Shown here: positions 40,141-53,204 of the stretch, in pieces
Numbering within the stretch: the first letter of the stretch is position 1
Layout: each line of letters opens with the position of its first letter
Origin: Camelus ferus
Taxonomy: Eukaryota
Length of the DNA stretch: 64,000 nucleotides
Assembly (NCBI RefSeq): GCF_009834535.1
Contig: NC_045697.1
Location: forward strand, 29,514,001 to 29,578,000
Direction of reading: 5' to 3'
Made by a program: the position numbers and the translations under genes
Notes under the pieces: generated by a model
Database searches by the model: none
What the model was told of the DNA's origin: nothing
The model's input: only the letters and a program-made list of their open reading frames with translations

Positions 40141-42067
40141 TCAGCCTTTTGATTCAAGTGACAGAGCAAGAGGCTGTCTGCCTGTGCCCCCAAATTAACC
40201 AGCTATTTGCTCTGAGCCACAGAAATGGTCTCGATGCAGAGCCACACGGAGAGTAAGCAGACTAACAACAAGTGATACAGACACTGGGTCTGGAGAGGTT
40301 CAGTTTTGAAAAAAAGGATCCCCACACTTAAGAGGAAGGAGGTATGTGGTTCTTTTTTAAAGGGAAGAAAATCTTATAATGTCTCTTTAAACCTTCTTAT
40401 ATTTAGCTATTTTCCTTAGAGTCAAAAAAGCCTACATCCAAACTCCTTGATATAACAGACAAGTTACTTAAAACTCCTCATTTCTTTACCATGAAATGAG
40501 GATAATCATAGTATGCACACTTCACTGAGCTTTGCTGAGGACTAAGAGAGGCAGCTGTCAAGCACTGAACCTAATGCCTGGCGTATCGCAGGAGCTCAGT
40601 ACAGGTTAGGGCTTATCATCACCTTACAGCTCCCACCTGCCTCGCACACTGTCTCCAACCGCCACACCTCTAGCCGTCACTGCGCGGAAACCGAGACACA
40701 CGGCCCCGACAGCTAAGTGCTTTCAGCCTCAGACGTGCAATAAAGTGACAGAAGTCAACCAGGGTGGGGGCGCGCGAGGTGCAAAGGAGTAACTGGTCTT
40801 CCCACGTCAGGCTGGAGAGGACCTGGAGGTGAGGGAGGGTGGATTACCATCTGGGGAGTCTGAGCACATCAAGACATGAGAGGAGAGGTGGCGAAGAGAG
40901 GTGGGGGAGGGACGGGGCAGAGAGGACAGTAAGACCTGCTCCAAGACTATGGACTTGACCCTGAGGTAGAGAAGACCAAGCACTTCAACAGCAGCATGAA
41001 GAATGAACCTGAGGCTGAATGTGTGTGTGCTGTATCCCTTTATGTGGTGGGGGGAAAGGGCATCTTTCCTCCAACATATTCTCCAAGAAGGAGATGATTC
41101 TGATAAAAGGCAATACAGGCAATGTAAATTAGGCAACTAAAGCATCAGTGGTTGTCAGGGAAAGGGCAGAATAAGGTAGGTAGAGGGTGTCTCCCTAATG
41201 AGAGAGGAAGGCTGGCTCCATCTTCATGCTCTTCTATCTGCTGTTAGAGCCCGACTCTGCTGTTGACCAAAGGAGAGCAAAGCCCAGGCATGGAGACCAG
41301 CTGCAAGACTACTGCAATAGTCCAGTCAAGACAGCAGGGAGAGGAGGAGGTGCGCATGAGAGACTTGGAAAGAAAGCCTTCCTCTTTCACTGCTATAGTA
41401 CCAGCTCTGGTCATTCATCTCTTGACCAGGGCATAAGATGAGGTCTCCATCAGCCACCTGGACTTAGAGGCAAGGACTGAACAGAGTCAAGTGCACTGAG
41501 TGATTACAAGGACAGCAGTGGCTTCTGTTCCAACAGCTTCGGGAGGATGGCAGAGGTGGGCAGAGAGGGACCCTTAAGGAACTTTACTATGAATAGGACA
41601 TTGGGAGAGAAGAGCCCCTGGAGGAAGATCCGAGGTTACGGGAAGGAATTTTTGTTTTCTAAAGTGAAAGTCCAAGCCATGTTTTATTTTTTATAGGCTG
41701 GAAAAGCAGAGGCCAACAGAGAGGGGGAAAGCAGAGGCCAACAGAGCAGGGGAAACAAAAACACAAAAGAGAGAGAGACCTGATGATATGGAGAGAGGAG
41801 GGACCACAGCAGATGTGGAAGAGTCAGCCTTGCCCAAGACGTGAGAAGGGAGGACAGGAAGTAAGGATGGGGACAGGCACATTCGTCACTGTACTGACAC
41901 AAAACCAAGGAAAAATAAAAGTGGTAGCTTCCACTTTGTCTTTGAAGATAAAGTCTTCCCCAAGGGGAAGAGCAGTCTACAGGAACGTGAGGAGAGGGAC
42001 AAAATTTAGAAAGAATGACAAAGGAGAAACACAGAGTTAGTGACTTAAAAAAAAAAAATTGAAGCTT

Positions 42068-42535
42068 GATGGCATAAAAACAGACACATAGATCGATGGA
42101 ACAGAATAGAGAGCCCAAAAAAAAAGCCCACATATATATGATCAATTAATTTATAACAAAGGAGCCAAGAATATACAACAAGGAAATGACAATCTCTTCA
42201 ATAAATGGTGTTGGGAAAAGTGGACAGCTGCATGCGAAAGAATAAAACTGGACCATTACCTCACACTACACACAAAAATTAACTGAAAATGAATTAAAGA
42301 CTTGAAGGTAAGACATGAAATCATAAACCTCCGAAAAAAAAAAAAACACAAACAAACAAAAAACACAGCAGGTAAGCTTCTTGACACAGGTCTTGGCAAT
42401 GATATTACGCATTTGACACCAAAAGCAAAAATAAACAAGTGAGAATGCATCAAAAAAAGCTTTTGCTCAGCAAAAGAAACTATCAAGATAATGAAAGGAC
42501 AACTTTCGCAATGAAAATTAAAAAAAAAAAAAAGG
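42068..42535 (+). mobile_element. L1 ORF2 internal fragment
   Basis: tggcataaaaacagacacatagatcgatggaacagaatagagagccc...tcttcaataaatggtgttgggaaaagtggacagc ([19 protein letters not shown]). Confidence 0.88.
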
Positions 42536-42754
42536 AATGGGCACAGAGTGGGACATGATCCAGGTAGCAGGTGTACGGGTAGGAACAGTGAGGAAGGCAC
42601 TTCGGGGTAGGAACAGTGAGGAAGGCACTTCGGGATCGGCCTGGAGAGGGCAGGAGACGGAGCCGGGAGGAGGGTGAAGGGCTGGGGGAAAGGAAAGGCC
42701 ACAGGGTCAGAGGTCTCTGAAAGGGAGGGCACAGGTGTGACAGGAACAAGAAAT

Positions 42755-42932
42755 TGTTTTCAACCCTAGCTGCATGCGTACCTTGGGGAGCTTTTAGAAA
42801 GTACAGAAGCCTAGGCCCTGCCCCCAAAGACACTTCCAAATTCTGATTCAACTAGTGTTAGATTGGTCCCAGTCAGGGTATTAAAATGTCCTTTGGGTGA
42901 TTCCAGTGTGTGGCCAAGGCTGAGAAGCATTG
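42755..42932. mobile_element. MER5-like MITE
   Basis: ttttcaaccctagctgc...ggggagcttttagaaa...ttctgattcaactagt...ggtgattccagtgtgtggccaaggctgagaagcattg. Confidence 0.6.
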
Positions 42933-44977
42933 CAATAAGGAAGAGAGGAATTTGGAAGAATATGATGATATTTACGTGAAGTGTGATTTCAGAGGCTCTT
43001 GGAATACTCTGGTCACGCGTGTCTAACATGTGCACACATTCTTAGCATCCCTCTCTCCTTCCTGGCAAATTTCTACTTCTCCTTTAAGATTCAGAGTAGA
43101 TGTCACCTCTTTGGGAAGCCTTCCCTTGACCCTCCACCCCCACCCCAGGCAGACTCCAGGGTTCCCTCCTTCTACACACCCAACCTTCATAAATCTATCT
43201 TCACTTCTGCATAAACATAACAGCATATCTCACACTGTTGTATTTTTAACCTATTTGAGTTTCCCACTAAGTTGTGACCACCAGCAACCAGCACAGCAGA
43301 CTAGTACGTGGTAGGCCCTCAATAATGTTCATAGAATAAACTATTGAATAAAGTGAGAAAGATAAGTGTTTCATTAACATCTCAAGAAAGGTTTACCGCA
43401 AAAGTCTATGTAGAATTTTTGAGTTCCTTATTAAAGATTGAAAGGAAACCACCATTATTGCCTAAATAGTCAACAGCAAATTCATTTTCCCTTTCCTTGA
43501 AAAGACTGATGCCCTCAGAAATGGGAAAAGGTGATCAGTGGTCAGTTACCTCAGCTTTCACCCTGTGCACGTAGCATCTGGGCAAGAGTTAAAGTAAAAC
43601 CCTTCAATACACTGTCTAGACCAATTTATTTTGCTCCTCGGTCTCAGCTCAAGAAAATTCCAGCTCAATTCTGTCATAACTCCCTAAAGAAGAAAAGACT
43701 ATTTAGAGTCAGCCTCTCTCTTGTTTTTTTCTTTGACCCAGAGTAGATTGGTGTACCCCTCTGCCAAACGTGATTTCTCAGCAGCTATTATCCCATCAGT
43801 GCAAAGCTCTCCATGCTTTGGTCTGAAGAAAACTGGAGGCCCAGCAGAGGGGCCATGCACACTGCAGAGGTGCTCCCCCATCCAGTTCTGGACCCTCCTC
43901 TGTCCCTTACCTCCTCCTGGTTTGCCGTCTCCATCATTAATAATACGAAGCAGAAGAGAATTCAGTAGCATGGGAAACAGCAACATCACAACTATACAAA
44001 TGTAACAAATTACGATGAAAAATGAATGCTCTATAAATACAGAAATGAAAGGATACAGAATGAAAGAAACTCTATTGAGACTCTAATCAAAAGTGGGTGC
44101 ATTTAAGCCAGTTCCATTTTTCTTTGCTTCACATGATTTTATTGTAGTTCTAGATCAAAGACCACTTGGTCTGATCCTCCCTCTAAACTGGGGGGATAGA
44201 GGAAGTTAAGTCCACCTACACGCGGGCTGGATGTTAACTGATTCCCTGCCTAGGAACCTGGGAATAGTGCTTCATGAGTTTCTTATCCTACTGAATTCTG
44301 TCAATTCTACTAGAAAATGTTTCTCCAATAAATTGAGTCCTTCCTTCTCTCCTTCTCCATGCCTGCTTTCAGGCCCTCACCACTTTAAGTCTCCCAAGCA
44401 TAATGGCTCTCCCAAACTGCAGCCTACCCTGACAGTTTGCCCTGCGCAATTCCAAAAACAAACGGATTGTGTAGTTCTCATTTAAAAACATCTGCTCACT
44501 CTCTGTTGTCCAAACTCAGCTCAGTACACAAGGCCCTTCAAATTCTCTGCTCATGCTAGCCTCAGTCTACCCTTCCAATCACACCTCCTGTCACTGCACC
44601 TGCCCTCCCACCATGGTACCAGCCACAGTCAGCTTCCCTGAGGATGCCAAGCCTCTTCACAACTCTTTGCCTCTGCACATAGAGTCTGTGTCCTCTGCCC
44701 AGGAAGGCCCTCATCTCCTCTACCCTTGCCCTATTTCCTGCCTGAAAACTCCTATAAATCCTTCAAAACCCAGCTCAAGCATCATATCCTCCCTGAGGAC
44801 TTCTCTGATTCCTGTACACAGTGGTGGCTTCCCATCCTCTGTGCTAGGTATGTACCATGCAGTTCACATCAGGACTTCTGTACTTACTACACTATAATAT
44901 CAACTGAGGTATCTGTCTCCACTTCTCCACTGCAAGCTCCCTGAGGGAAGTGACTGTTTTCTTCACTTTCTAAGACA

Positions 44978-45757
44978 GTTTTATTGAGATATAATTCACA
45001 TACCATAAAGTACACCTTTTAAAAGTACAATTTGGGGGTGTTTAGCATATGCACAGAATTGTGCACCCATCACTACAACCTAATTGCAGAGCACTTTCAT
45101 CAACCCGGAAGGAAATCCTGTACTCTTTAGCCCACTAACCTACTTCCTGTCTTTATGGGCTGGCCCCTTCTGGACATTCCATAAAACAGACTTATACAGC
45201 ATGTGGTCTTTGCGATTAGCTTCCTCCAGTTGGTGTGCATCTTGAAGGTTCGGCCATGTTGCAGTGTGCATCAGTACTTCATTCCTTTTTACGGTCAGAT
45301 CATATTCTACTGTATGGACATACCACATTGTGTTGATCTCTTCATCACTTAATGGACATTTAGGTTGTTTATACTTTTCAGCTATTATGAATAGTGCTGC
45401 TGTGAATATTTGTGTGCAAGTTTTTGTGTGGACATATGTTTTTAATTCTCTTGGATGTATACTCAAGATTGGAACTGCTGATTATAATTTTGTGATTATA
45501 CAGATGTATATACATATTTACTATATATATATACACACACACACACATCTATACATATATATACATGTATATACACACACATATATATATCCTTTTGAGG
45601 AACTGCCAAACTGTTTTACAAAGCAGTTGTACCATTTTACATTCCCACTAGCAATGCATGAAGATTCTAATCTCTTCACATTCTTGTCAACATTTGTTAT
45701 TGTCTCCTTTTTTATATAGCTATCCAAACGAGGGTGATTTCATTTTGATTTACACTT
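44978..45757 (-). mobile_element. Old L1 3' end (L1MB-like) with an internal TA/CA microsatellite at ~45505-45590
   Basis: ttttattgagatataattcacataccataaagtacacc...gctattatgaatagtgctgctgtgaatatttgtgtgcaagtttttgtgtggacatatg. Confidence 0.88.
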
Positions 45758-46429
45758 CTCCTCCATTTTTATATTCCCAGAATTTTCAGTTCCTTTTACA
45801 AAGCCTCGCTATTAAGAGCACTCAATAAATGTATGGTTCATTAATCATCCACTCATTCATTAACTAAGTATTTTTTGAGCATCTACTATGTGCCAATTGC
45901 TCAAGGCCAAGCACATAACAGTGCACAAAATAAGTAAAACGAATGAGGAACGAGTAAGCAAACGCCAGGAGCTCTGAAGGCCAGTTGTCAATACAAAGGT
46001 GGTTCTGTGCCTGGATGTCTGGAAGGTGACGGGACCCGTGACTTTGCCATCACTTCCACATCTATTCATCATGCTATTTTGAGCATAAATTACAAAAATC
46101 CAGCATCAATTCAGGAGGATCAATTCCTATTTCAGAGCTCCATATATGTTCAGAGCTAAGAGTGTGACAAGAGCTCAGATTACTGCTGCCGTCACCCTCC
46201 TGCATGCACGAAGGACAACATTGGTCATGGCCTGGCATGTATTTCCTACTTTTCTGGTAAAACCCCCACACTTTTTCTTGAGAATCAGCCTTCCTCCATA
46301 CTCATTCATTCATCTGACAGACAGTTTTCTGTGCAGTACTATGTGACAGATACAGTTCTCACTGGTGAGAGTACAGCAGTGAACAAAGCGGACACAATTA
46401 AAATACCTGCTCTCCCAAAGCTGACACTC

Positions 46430-46830
46430 TGGGGATTCAGCCCTTGAGCTTAGGCAGAGATGATTCTACCCCTTATTCATGAGGTCCACGGTCCAGGCCC
46501 AGCCAATCAGAGCAGCAAATTTCCATGGCTACGGTGACTGGTTCAAGGGAAAGCATGTGACCGATTCTAAGACCTTTGCCAGAATGATCAGAAAAAAAGT
46601 GTTTTCTCTTTTTCTTGAACTAGAAGACATAAGCTTAGAGCTTTAAGGTGTCACCATGAAGAAACACCTGCACAGGGAAAACCTAACAAATGGGCAAGCC
46701 AAGCCAGGAGACAGAGAGAAAGGGAGCAGGCTCTGGTGACACGGGATCCCAGGAACAAGTCATGCCTGAAACGAGGCACTGGGACCTCCAGGGTATTGAA
46801 GTCAATAGATTTTTCAGCAACTAAACGAGC
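46430..46830. mobile_element. Old ERVL-MaLR LTR (MLT1J/K/L-like)
   Basis: ccaggcccagccaatcagagc...ggctacggtgactggttcaagggaaagcatgtgacc. Confidence 0.55.
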
Positions 46831-49800
46831 TTCAGTTAATATAATACACAGCCTATTTCTTATGAAGCCTAAACAAAATTAGGCAAGCCAGGGTCATTTT
46901 AATGCCATGGCTAACAAAGCTTTCCTCAAACCCTGGGTCATAAGGGTCCCTGCGCTGAGCTGTCCCCCCTAACTCAGATGACAACCTAATACAAACCCGT
47001 TCTGGAGCCGATACTTAAACCTGCCCTCCCTGTTTCTCTTCTCTGAGACTCCTAGCCTTCTGTCAAAGACAAAGCTTGCCAGTAGTGACAGCAAACCCCT
47101 CTCTTCAGTGACCTGCCGCTCCCACTCTGCTCCCGTGGCATGCTAACCAAACTAGAAACTGACACATGGGCCCGGGGAAGCCCCGTGTCGGCGTCGCTCT
47201 TAAATGAGACTTCACGCTTTCTTCATTTTTATTCTTCTGCTATACAATTTTATTTCCACTTAGGCGTTAACAGCAAAACTTCTACTCCAAGGAATGTTGC
47301 CTTTTGAACTTGACCTCAAAGTATTAAGGAAATGAAATAAACTCAGTTTTTTTTTTCTTTTAGGAAGGAGAGGCAAAATAAAGCTGGTTTCCTGAAATTA
47401 TTCATGAAAGTAAACTTTCAATGTGACAAAAATGATAAGAACTTCTCTATGAACAAAGGAGCCAAAGGTTATTAAGGAGTCAGCTTTGGTCCCTGGGTTA
47501 GAGTGATCCCAGGATTAGAACCTCAGAAGTTTTTAAACCTGGAGAACAATCTCACACAGATGGTTCACAGGGTAACTTCCCCGGGTTCTAAGACAAAGGG
47601 GTGATTTCAGCTGCTAGGTCTAACCCACCTAAGGGTTTCCCATGCCCCATTCAACTAAACTGCCTGAGGGCTCACTCTGTTCAACATCCCAAGTGGGTCT
47701 GAGGAAAGCCAAGAAAGATGTACCAGATGCTTTTCTTTAAAAACTCAATTATACAGGGCAGTGCAAGAAAAAATTATTAACCAAACTCCCAATGGTTAAA
47801 GTAGGCAGAGGGCCTTATGAGAAGAAGGTATTAGGGATGAGGAGAGAGGTTCAGGGAAGGGTCCCACAAAAGGAACAGCTGAGCTGGGTCCTGAAGGACA
47901 GGTAGGGAGGAGTCCACCAGTGGAAAAGGAAGAAGAAAGGCACTCCAGATGGGGGAAAATCTGGCATTGCAACGTCACACCTGGCAGAGGTAGTCACCTG
48001 GGGATATAATGTGCTTATCCTAAGGGTATGTTCTTTGTTCAGTTTCTAAGCTGTTTTCATCATTTCATCTTCTTCTAAATGGTGTCTTCTGAAGATGACA
48101 GTATTTTGAAAAAATATGGCTCTAGAGTTTTATGGCCAAGTTTGATGAATATGGTCAGTAATCAAGCTGCTTTAGGTGAAAAAAGAGTAGGTAAAGTCAA
48201 AGTAACGATACAAATTTTCTTGAATATCTGACAAGCTGGCCTCAAGTCAACTCCAAAAGAGAAAAAAGATAAAACTGGCAGAGTCCTTGAAATAGGGTAA
48301 TTACTCAACTATGTCACAGGCTGAGACCTACTCGGAAGGGATTCCTGTGTTGAATCTTGAAGGTTCAACAGGAATTTTCCAGGCATATAAGGTTATATAT
48401 TCTGGTATGTCTGTTTTTTAAAAAGCGCCCTGCAGTCAGAGCTCCTGAGCATTGGAAAATGGGATTGAAAGCAAATCTTATCCCAGTTATTGGTCCAGAC
48501 TCTCCTTCACTGGATTTTCAGGTAAAGCATGGCTGGAATGACACTCTACTGAAATAAGAATACTGCGTTCCTTGTAAAATGTGTTCCATCCTATATCAAC
48601 GCATGATAGTAGGAGCAGTCATTAAAAACCAAGCTGGATAATGGTTTCATTATCTCTTATATAACCAACAAATAAAGCCAATTGAGTAACAACAGGAAAA
48701 AAGAATAACTGGTAAAACAAAATGTAGTGTCAACAAGAAATTTCTAGAAGTTATTTGATTAGTTCACCTCTATTTAGAGGAAACCACATTATTTATGCAT
48801 TTGCCAGCTTTATTCTTACAATTTTTCCATACTGAAACTATCTCACAATGTAATAAAAGACTTTAAATGCTAAGGAATTCCTAAAAGGAATTATTCTAAA
48901 CACTTAAAATATATTTTTAGAGCACATATGTATTTGCTTTGATTTTGCAAAGTTAACATATTTATTCAAATATATATTTACAAAGAAAATCTACTCCCTG
49001 CCCCTAAATTTGCCTCTAAGAATTGCCTTTAAGTTCTTAATTTTCCTGTGTGAACTTAGGTTTGTAACGTTTTTAATAAAAAGGTTATTTCCTGTCACTC
49101 ATCTATGTCTACTGAGCTTAGTGTTTATTTTATTATGTTTTATTTTAGTTCTCTGTTGAGATGTAACATGCAGTGTTATAAAAAGGGGGAAAGGACTTGG
49201 ACATACTCATGAAGTTTAATTTTAGAATTTAGAGATATTAATATCTATTTGCCCATGGTTTAAACCTACTTATTTAAAAACTCAGAATTTCCTGAGTGGT
49301 ATGCGTCCTAACAAATACAGAGTCTACCCAGAGCTACCTGTCACTTACAGTCCTATATTATGTTTAATTCAAAATGTCATCACAATTGCTTTTTCCTTAT
49401 TATATTATTAGAAGACTAAGAATTAAATCCTACACCACGTTGTATGTAGACTAGCATCCATCATGACACAAAGAAAGGGACATATACAACACAATTAAGT
49501 TGGTTTTCATAAGGCCTGAAATTAATCAGCATTAGATCCAGGGAGAATACTGAATTCGGAGCTCTATTCTAGACAAACCCCACCATGGCCAAGATGCTGT
49601 TTCTGGAGCCTCACCAGCCTCACCTCCTTTGTTCACATTTAACAGTTCACAGGCTATAACATGTAATGCTAAAAGGGCAAACTATGACATAGTTTTAATT
49701 TTCTGTTATGGTCAACTAAAATATTTTCACATTATGATATTAGCAGAGTCATGCAATTATTACATGAATAGAGTTAAGCTCAATTAATTCTTCTATCTTA

Positions 49801-49969
49801 TTTTAAAGATCTACCTTTCTACTACATCAGTGAGGAACAATGAAAAACAAAAACATGTCATTGCAGCAAATCATAAGTTTAACATCAAAATAATTATCTA
49901 GCGTATATTTGTTAAAGTTTTAATAGTCGACTATTATACTGCATTGAAAAATATGAAAGTGTATCTGAC

Positions 49970-49988
49970 CTGGAAGTACTTCTGACAT
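49970..49988 (-). CDS. APBB2: APBB2 first coding segment (19 nt: ATG TCA GAA GTA CTT CCA G)
   Basis: Minus strand reads ccATGTCAGAAGTACTTCCAG|gtcaga. Splicing to 37668 gives G|CT (Ala) and MSEVLPADSGVDTLAVFM, the APBB2 N-terminus. An in-frame TGA lies two codons upstream of the ATG. Confidence 0.93.
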
Positions 49989-50038
49989 GGATCACTGGAC
50001 GTCAGCAGTGGTGCAGGATATAGGTTATAATCTGAAAT
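49989..50038 (-). other. APBB2: APBB2 5' UTR part (50 nt) of the 69-nt start-codon exon
   Basis: Acceptor ccctcttttcag|ATTTCAGATTATAACC with AG at 50040-50039. The promoter and upstream non-coding exons were not identified in the window. Confidence 0.82.
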
Positions 50039-50309
50039 CTGAAAAGAGGGATCATTTGAGAAATTAAAACTCCAAACAACAAAGCATGAAAGGAAAAAAG
50101 CAGAGCATTGGAAGTTCTTCTAAAAGCTGCTAAAATATTAAACAAATCTTGGCAGATAATGTTCAAATTTTTGTTTATGTATACTTGATCGAATCACTTG
50201 ACTGAAATTCAAATTCCTGCTTAAACACATTTCCCACAAACATCTCTTGAGATTTTTTTCCATGCCAGGTTTAAGTTATCTATCTCAAGTTTCCAATGCT
50301 TTTTTTTCA

Positions 50310-51515
50310 TTAAGAACACACAATTCAGAAGCCAATAAAGAAAAAACTGGTAAATCTCACCACATATTAAACCTTCTGTTTAGGGGGGGGGAAAATGGCT
50401 ATAAACACAACAAAGACAAATAACAAACTGAAAAAAAAATTCACACCATAGGTAACATAAAAGAGTAAATTTCCTTTATATAGAAAGAATTCTTTGAAAT
50501 TATTAAGACAACAACAAAAAAAAAAACTATAGGAAAATGGGCAAAGGACAGAAACAAGTCCTAAGAGAAATACAAATGTCTAATAAACATGAACAACTAA
50601 CATCATTCAAAACTGAAGAAAATGCAAATTTAAATAATGACGATTTACTGGTTTTCCCATAGCTGACTGTAAGGCTGGTAATACATAATCTAAAGCAAGG
50701 ACATCAGAAATAGGGAATTTTCAAATGCTGCTGGTGGGAGTAAAAACTGGCAAAACTCTCTGGAGGGCCATTTAGAAATATATGAGCAAATTTAAAATGC
50801 ATGGACCCTATTGCTTAGCAATTCCTTTCCTGAGAATTTATTTTATAGATAAACTTACATGGACTCTATTGTTCTAAAAGCAAAAGATCAATAACAACCT
50901 AACTGTTCATCAGTGAATAATCAGTTCATTAAACTACGATACAGTCATATGATGGAGTAGCGTGCTGCCATTAGGAAAAATGAACCGAATCCTCATGAGC
51001 TGATACGAAAAGGGCTTTAAGACACATCCCAAAGAGGTGAATAATATGCATGATCAAATGTGTGTAACATTCTTAAAAGCATATATTATATGTGTGTGTA
51101 TGCATACACACACGTACATGCATTTACACAAAAAATGTCTTAATGCAATAACAAGGAACTAGGTAACAATGGTAAACTGTCAGTTTACCAAATTAGATAC
51201 ATCATAAGGAAACTGAAAACAGACCTTGTTTTCAGTGAGCTGCTATCAGGACTGTCACTTAGAATAATTATTATATTAATTCAAATGCCAATACCGCATG
51301 ATTCCATTTATATAAAGTACAAAAACAGGAAAAACATATCTATGTCCAGATAGTGGTTTGCTCTGGAGGGTAGGAAAGGGGAGAAGCAAGACAGTAGCCT
51401 TTGGGATGTTGTGATGGTAACACACTTTCCTGATCCAGATATGAAAATTCATTAAGATGTACCCTGATGTGCACATTTCTGTATGCTTACTACATTTCTA
51501 TGAGATGTTAAAAAA
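50310..51515 (+). mobile_element. Ancient L1 (L1MC/L1ME-like) fragments
   Basis: Degenerate ORF2 end and 3' UTR: aggaaaatgggcaaaggacagaaacaag, gctgctggtgggagtaaaaactggc, tgattccatttatataaagtacaaaaacagg. Confidence 0.7.
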
Positions 51516-52442
51516 AAGTCAAATGTTAGTGGTTTTCTAAAGCATTATTCAAGTTGAGAAACTTCATATTTGCAGACTAAATTCTAATCTAACCTTTCCA
51601 AACTAGTAACCTTTAATGGGCATTACTTCCAACTTTATGATTCAGGTAATCACCTGACAACTGGTCTACTGGCCCACCACACATTTTTAAATTATATTTT
51701 CACATATTAAGGATAAGGCTCATTACTCTGGTATAATTAAAAGGGTGGGCTTATTTTAAATTGCCCTGAAACAGCAAGAGATGCTTCCTCAATGCACCTT
51801 TGCTTCTGCCCTGTATCTTTTCAGCTCCTTAGAAAGATTTCACAACTCACTTTTCCTTTTTATTTTTTGTCTTTAGTACAACTTCATTTATAAGCAGAGA
51901 CAAATGTGAGTTGATAGCTATTTAAAGAAAATGACTACCAACAAAGTAGAAAGAAAGCTAATAAAAGGCTTATTTACAGGAGTATTTTGAAAAGGCTTGA
52001 GCAATAACAATAATAATAAAAATCTGCATCCTTTTAGTGTGTATAATCCTTAAAATAAGGATTTTCCCCAATATGAAACAGACTCTAAGCTCTATAAAGT
52101 TAAGGACTCGGCTTTCTGCTAAATCACTTCACATTTTAAATGGCCCTGTGCTATTACTATCTGACCAATGTTTAATCCATATGTGCATGAACTAGGCTGA
52201 GAGAAGGAAACACTTCAGTGAATAAAAACACATTCTTCCCTCTTGTGGAACTTATAGAGAAGTCAGGGAGATTAATCACAAAATTACTGAAATCAGTTTG
52301 TAAGAAAGTACTTATATTCTGGAGGAAAGAAATTCAGTTCTATGAGAAAATAAAATGAAGGAACATGTGATAGACTGGAGAGTCAGGAAACACTCTCCTG
52401 AGAAAGTGAAATTTATACCTCAATTTGAGGACTAAATAGGAT

Positions 52443-52968
52443 ATATAAATTTTATTGAAGTGTAGTCAGTTTACAATGTTTGCATCAATTTCTGGTGTAC
52501 AGCACAATGCTTCAGTCATATAGGAACATACATTCATTTTCATATTCTCTTTCACCATAAGTTACTATAAGATACTGAATATAGCTCCCTGTGCTATACA
52601 GTATGAACTTAGTGTTTATCTGTTTTTTATATCTTAGTATCTGCAAATCTTGAACTTCCAACTTACCCCTTCCCACCCCCTTCCCCCTCTGATAACCATA
52701 GCTTTGTTTTCTATGTCTGTGAGTCTGTTTCTGTTTTGTAAGTAAGTTTGTTTGTCTTTTTTTTTTTTTTTAAGATTCCACATATAGGTGATATCATATG
52801 GTATTTTTCTTTCTCTTTCTGGCTTACTTCATTTAGAATGGCATTTTTCAGGTCCAACTCATGTTGCTTCAAGTGGCATTATTTTATTATTTTTATGGCT
52901 GAGTAGTATTCAATTGTGTAAATATACCACAGCTTCTTTATCCAGTCATTTGTTGATGGACTTTTAGT
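52443..52968 (-). mobile_element. Truncated L1 3' end (526 bp) with 14-bp TSD, inserted in L2-like sequence
   Basis: TSD ggactaaataggat at 52429-52442 and 52969-52982; ttttattgaagtgtagtcagtttacaatg...ttatggctgagtagtattc. Confidence 0.92.
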
Positions 52969-53204
52969 GGACTAAATAGGATTTAAATGGGTAAACAGTT
53001 ATTTAACACCTACTATGTGCAAGGCACTCCTAAGCCCTAGGAATGAAGCAAAAATATGCAGAACTATTTCTCCCTAGGCACTGACATCCCTGATGTATAA
53101 ACTAATGTTGTAAAACAGTTTCTGAGGACTATGTGGCGTGAATAAGTCCTACATAAATAATAACCCAAGAAAATACAAAAGCACTCAAGTATGGTTTTAA
53201 GAAT

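Larger units (their letters stand above)
37669..49969 (-). other. APBB2: APBB2 intron (12.3 kb, GT-AG, phase 1)
   Basis: Bounded by the donor at 49969 and the acceptor at 37669; the reading frame is continuous across the junction. Confidence 0.9.

Noticed and set aside
42500..42545. Prematurely polyadenylated L1 insertion
   Set aside because: The A-run followed by aatgggca matches an internal A-rich L1 motif (compare 58983-59015), and no TSD was found.
45140..45727. ORFs of 108-151 aa
   Set aside because: They derive from L1 remnants and a microsatellite; the same applies to ORFs at 1340, 11923, 41684, 42256 and 58540.
49921..49936. 16-bp palindrome taatagtcgactatta near the start-codon exon donor
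   Set aside because: About one is expected by chance per 64 kb (64000/4^8).
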